Assembly: GCF_001194135.2 (NCBI RefSeq)
Contig: NC_068998.1
Span: 39,520,751-39,560,339 of the forward strand
Length of the DNA: 39,589 nucleotides
Source of the DNA: Octopus bimaculoides
Lineage: Eukaryota
Direction of reading: 5' to 3'
Positions 35,575-39,589 of this stretch are shown piece by piece. A program made the translations under genes and the position numbers. The notes under the pieces are model-generated. The model was not told where the DNA came from. It was given only the letters and a program-made list of their open reading frames with translations, and made no database searches. Position 1 is the stretch's first letter, and the number at the start of each line of letters is the position of its first letter.

Positions 35575-35699
35575 TGTGCATATATATATACATACATATA
35601 TGTACATATATATATACATATGTACATATATATACATACATATGTATACATATATATACATACATACACACACACACATATATAAATAGTGGTGGTGAA

Positions 35700-36440
35700 T
35701 TAGCTTGGTACTGGTTCCAGTAACAAGGCCAGCAGTTTTGAAGAGAGTGGATTGGTCAATGCCATCAACCCCAGTACTTGACTGGTATTTTATTTCATCA
35801 ACTCAGAGAGAAATGAAAAGTAAAGCTGACCTGGATGGAACTTGAACTCAAAATATAAAGAGTTGGAACCAATAAAGCCTGGTACTTTATTAGTTAATAC
35901 CATTGATCCCAGTACTTTACCGATACTAGAGCATATCAATCTTGAAAGGATGAAAAGTAAAGTTAACATCAAAAGGATTCAAAAGGTCAATTTAAATAAT
36001 AATGGTAAATTCTTTCCTAATTTTGGCACAACACTAGAAATTTTGAGGAGAGGAAGCAAGTCAATTACATCAATCTCAGTGCTTAACATATACTTAATTT
36101 CACTGACCTTGGAATGATGGAAGGCAAAGCCGACCTTGCTGGAATTTGAACTCAGAACGTAAAGAATCAGAAGAAATACCACTAAGTATTTTGTCTGACA
36201 CTCTTATGATTCTGCCGGTTTGCAAAAAACAACAATAATCCTTTCTACTATAGGTACAAGGCCTGAAATTTTGGGGGAGGGGTTAGTTGATAACATTAAC
36301 CCCAGTGCTCAACTGGTAATTATTTCATTGGCCCAGAAAGATGAAAGGCAAAGTTGACCTCAGTGGAATTTGAACTCAAAATGTAAGGAACAGCAAGAAA
36401 TGCAGCTAAGCATTTTATCTGGTGCTCTAACAATTCTGTT

Positions 36441-36470
<30 letters not shown>
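35700..36470 (-). mobile_element. Second tandem cluster of family B SINE copies
   Basis: Units near 35702, 35870 (fragment), 36010 and 36237, with the same two tail variants as 3486-4483, ending in (TAA)n. Confidence 0.7.
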
Positions 36471-36472
<2 letters not shown>

Positions 36473-37195
36473 TCATAATCAGACAGATTAGCTACAAATT
36501 AATTGATTCACATCTAGTTTATAATTAAATAACAATATTAATACTAATTATAATCATCATTAAACTGTATGTATTAATGTGACTGACATGGCCAAGTGCC
36601 AGACTAAATGCCTAACAGGATTTAGTTATGACTCACTATGCTAAAACTTCAAATCTGGCCAAGGTTGATTTTGTCTTTTGTCTTCCAGAGATTGATAACA
36701 TAAGAAGCAATCAAATGCGAATACAAACTTAATTGACTGTACTGTCCTTTGAAAATTTTTGGCTTTCTACCAATATGAGGAATCATCATCATCATCATCA
36801 TTATTATTATCACTATTACTGAAATTTTGGACAGTGGAGTGACAGGAAATGACAAAATGTCATTCAGAAGGGAATTTAAGTTAATGTTAAAATATTTAAC
36901 AAAAGGGAGCAATGGAAAGGTAAGTGAAAATAATTATGCATTGAAAAAAGGACAATAGCTCAAAATGGAAATTATTTCAATCATATTCATACATATGAGA
37001 GATAATTAATCATGTTTCTGCCTTATTAGATATCATCAGGGAAGCTTAGACGTTACCATTTTTGCCAAGCAATGCTTGAATATGTTGACACTTAACTACT
37101 ACTTCTCTATGTAGATGGAGTCTGTGAGTAATTTTGCTCAGTGATTTGAGTTTGTGGTTGGTAAGCAAACTACTTACCACACAGCCACTCCTGCA

Positions 37196-37240
<45 letters not shown>

Positions 37241-37651
37241 CATAAGTGGTATTGTCAATTAAATCATCTCACTATATTACTGGTATCTATTTAGCTCTTT
37301 TGATCCCAATCTATCCAAGACTACCCTAGGTTCCATGATACAAACTTTTCATTTTAAAGTGATCAAAATTAAAATCTGTTAATTTATGTTCAAAGTACCA
37401 GTTTAATAATGGCAAAAGTTATTTTACAAAATTCTACATTATTTTCAAAATTAATTGAAGCAAAAGCCATGAATTTCAACAAAACTACAATAACAAAAGG
37501 GCTAAGTGATTAAGAAAAGAAAATTTGATAGCAGTAAAACCATAATTCCAAACTTCAAACTTGCTACCTTCAACTACAACAATAACAACAGCAGCAGCAA
37601 TACCACAGGTAGTATGATGTTTGATTGCACAAAAACCAAAAGGAAACTTAC

Positions 37652-37721
37652 CTTGTCATCATCTTCCACAACAACAAGGATTAGTTTCTTATTCTTAAAG
37701 TTCAGTGATGTGATCTTTGGC
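37652..37721 (-). CDS. EPB41L5: FERM C-lobe exon ((W)PKITSLNFKNKKLILVVVEDDDK)
   Basis: Acceptor tttatag|G, donor AAG|gtaagt, 70 nt, phase 2 to 0. Completes the Trp codon from the preceding exon. Confidence 0.93.
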
Positions 37722-38199
37722 CTATAAAAACATGACAAATACTCAAAACAGGCTACATAGCGTTTATAACAGAGGAAATGACTGAGTGCTTACTGCACAC
37801 ATCTACACCAGTGACTCCCAGACTTATTTCATTGTGAAACTCTTGTGTAGTTTTCAAAAAAATCATGCAACCCAACTCTATGTTTTACAGACAAACCCTT
37901 TGTTATTCATCATTCAATATAGCATTAAACAAAACAAGAGGCTGCAACTGAAGTGCATTTCACCCCTTAGTGCCAGAAATCCCTGTCCCCTATTAAGCTT
38001 TGGTAGGTTTTCTGCTTTTTGTTTGTGTTCCTACCAATAACATCAATGTAGTTGAGTGGTTCTTTGTTCTCTGTTAAGGTGTGGAAGTTTCCAAAATATA
38101 ACATCTGATATGGTGCAGTGTTCAATACGATAGCAGTGACCAGCAAAGCCTGTAGTGCATTAAGCTACAATAGTAAAGATAGGTAGAATGAGTCCTTAA

Positions 38200-38397
38200 T
38201 CCTTTAGTGTTCAGCTTATTTATTCACATTGTTTTGATTTAATTTGGATTATCTCATATCTTTGAGATTTTGAGGATGTTATTGTTTATATGTAGAATGA
38301 CATTGCAGGATAGGTGTGAGAGGTCAGACCTGGCTAGTCTCAACATTGAACAAGACAAAAATTTTGGCCAGATATGGCTGGTTTAAATGCTAAAGGG
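38200..38397. mobile_element. piggyBac-type MITE (~198 bp)
   Basis: TTAA at 38196-38199 and 38398-38401. Imperfect TIRs TCCTTTAGTGTT and (reverse complement) CCCTTTAGCATT. Confidence 0.65.
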
Positions 38398-38822
38398 TTA
38401 AATCGCCTGTTTTGGTTTTGTACTCATGCCATGAGATATTTTGAGCCTTCATAAGAAGCTTGGTATATATATCCCAACAAGATTGTGAAACTCTTCTGGC
38501 ATGGTCAAGGTTTTAGTTCTACAGAGAAGAATGTTTTCTACACATGCCATGAAGAAGGCCAGCCTTATTGACTTTTGTCTTCAGAGCATGCATAGAGGGC
38601 TTTCTTCTCTTTGGAGCCAAAACCTGGAGCATCAAGAAGGAGCATCAAATTCACATTTGATGGTACAGATATTAAATAAAACAAACTTGGTTTCATAGAT
38701 TCAGATTAAACAATAACCATCAAGTACCCTAATACTCCTTTCTGTAGTGTTCAGTTAACAGGATATAATTTGAAAAGGCATAAAATGTTTTATTTTGAGG
38801 TCAGGGATAAATGTAAACTTAC

Positions 38823-38911
38823 CAGAAGAACAATCCTATTTTGTCCTCATTCTCAAATACCAAAATTCCACTTGGTGTTAAACCAAGTTGATAAGAGATA
38901 CCATCACGGCC
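38823..38911 (-). CDS. EPB41L5: FERM C-lobe exon ([30 protein letters not shown])
   Basis: Acceptor ttttag|GGCCGT, donor TTCTG|gtaagt, 89 nt, phase 0 to 2. Typical FERM F3 sequence. Absent from the ORF track. Confidence 0.93.
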
Positions 38912-39555
38912 CTAAAATGGAGACAGAGTACAGAGGTAAAACATACAATCAGTGAATGTTAGAAGTTGTGAGGTTAATAAACAGTTTAATAAACCAAACT
39001 AATTTACCCCAGACTATGACTGTTAATAAAGAGACAGGCCAATGAAAGAGCTTTTATGTGAAAGAAATTTGGCTGTCAAATAGCACCCTACTGTTTTAAA
39101 CATACCCTCAAATAGCACTGCACTGTGTTAAACACATAGACAGCAAAATATATAATGTATTTCATGATTTTCAGAGATGGAAGGGTGGAGGTTTAAACAT
39201 TTATAAACATGAATCTGCATGACAAAGGCTGAACTGTGATTAAATAACAAATATAAATAAATATTAGGTACTTCCAAGCATAGCTGTTTAGGTAAGAAGC
39301 TTGTTTTGCAATCCTGTGCTTCCAGATTCAATCCCAGGGTATGTCATCTTCAGCTTGCATCTTCTATTGTACTATGCATTGTTAGTGCAATTTGGTCAAC
39401 AGAAGCTTGTATGATGGTGGCATTTACACCTAGCAGGTGATGTTAAGATGAGGAGACACAAGCACACACAATCTCATATGTATGTATCTTAGGCATCTAG
39501 TTAGATGTATCACTATAACTGTATGAGTTAAGAGCTTCATGTAGATAAACACACA

Positions 39556-39589
<34 letters not shown>

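Larger units (their letters stand above)
7054..38911 (-). other. EPB41L5: Span of a multi-exon gene (5'-partial): band 4.1-like FERM + FERM-adjacent protein, Yurt/EPB41L5 family
   Basis: Eleven exons with GT-AG introns and compatible phases total 2568 nt (855 aa + stop). The FERM-C and FA motifs ([75 protein letters not shown]) and the C-terminal TTEL match my recollection of EPB41L5/Yurt. Assignment versus the vertebrate paralog EPB41L4B was not tested. Confidence 0.88.

Overview
AT-rich, microsatellite- and SINE-laden animal DNA with several N gaps. The repeat content suggests an octopus (coleoid cephalopod) genome; this is inferred, not proven. The window holds the 3' part of one minus-strand multi-exon gene, a Yurt/EPB41L5-type FERM-FA protein. 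I resolved 11 GT-AG exons (38911 down to the stop at 7054) that join in frame into 855 aa ending in -LTTEL. The N-terminal FERM lobes lie beyond the window. Introns and flanks contain at least three tRNA-headed SINE families (labelled A, B and C here), a (GAT)n-tailed RTE-like retroposon family (D), TTAA-flanked MITEs and one TIR element. The most notable items are: four NPF motifs and a 12-aa repeat in the protein tail; a perfect 59-bp intronic hairpin; a TIR element carrying paired X-box-like and CCAAT motifs; a four-element nested insertion; and head-to-tail SINE arrays. Almost all entries in the supplied ORF track are repeat or gap artefacts. I found no CRISPR array, rRNA or true tRNA gene, and no evidence of a wholly new system. 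Repeat boundaries are approximate.
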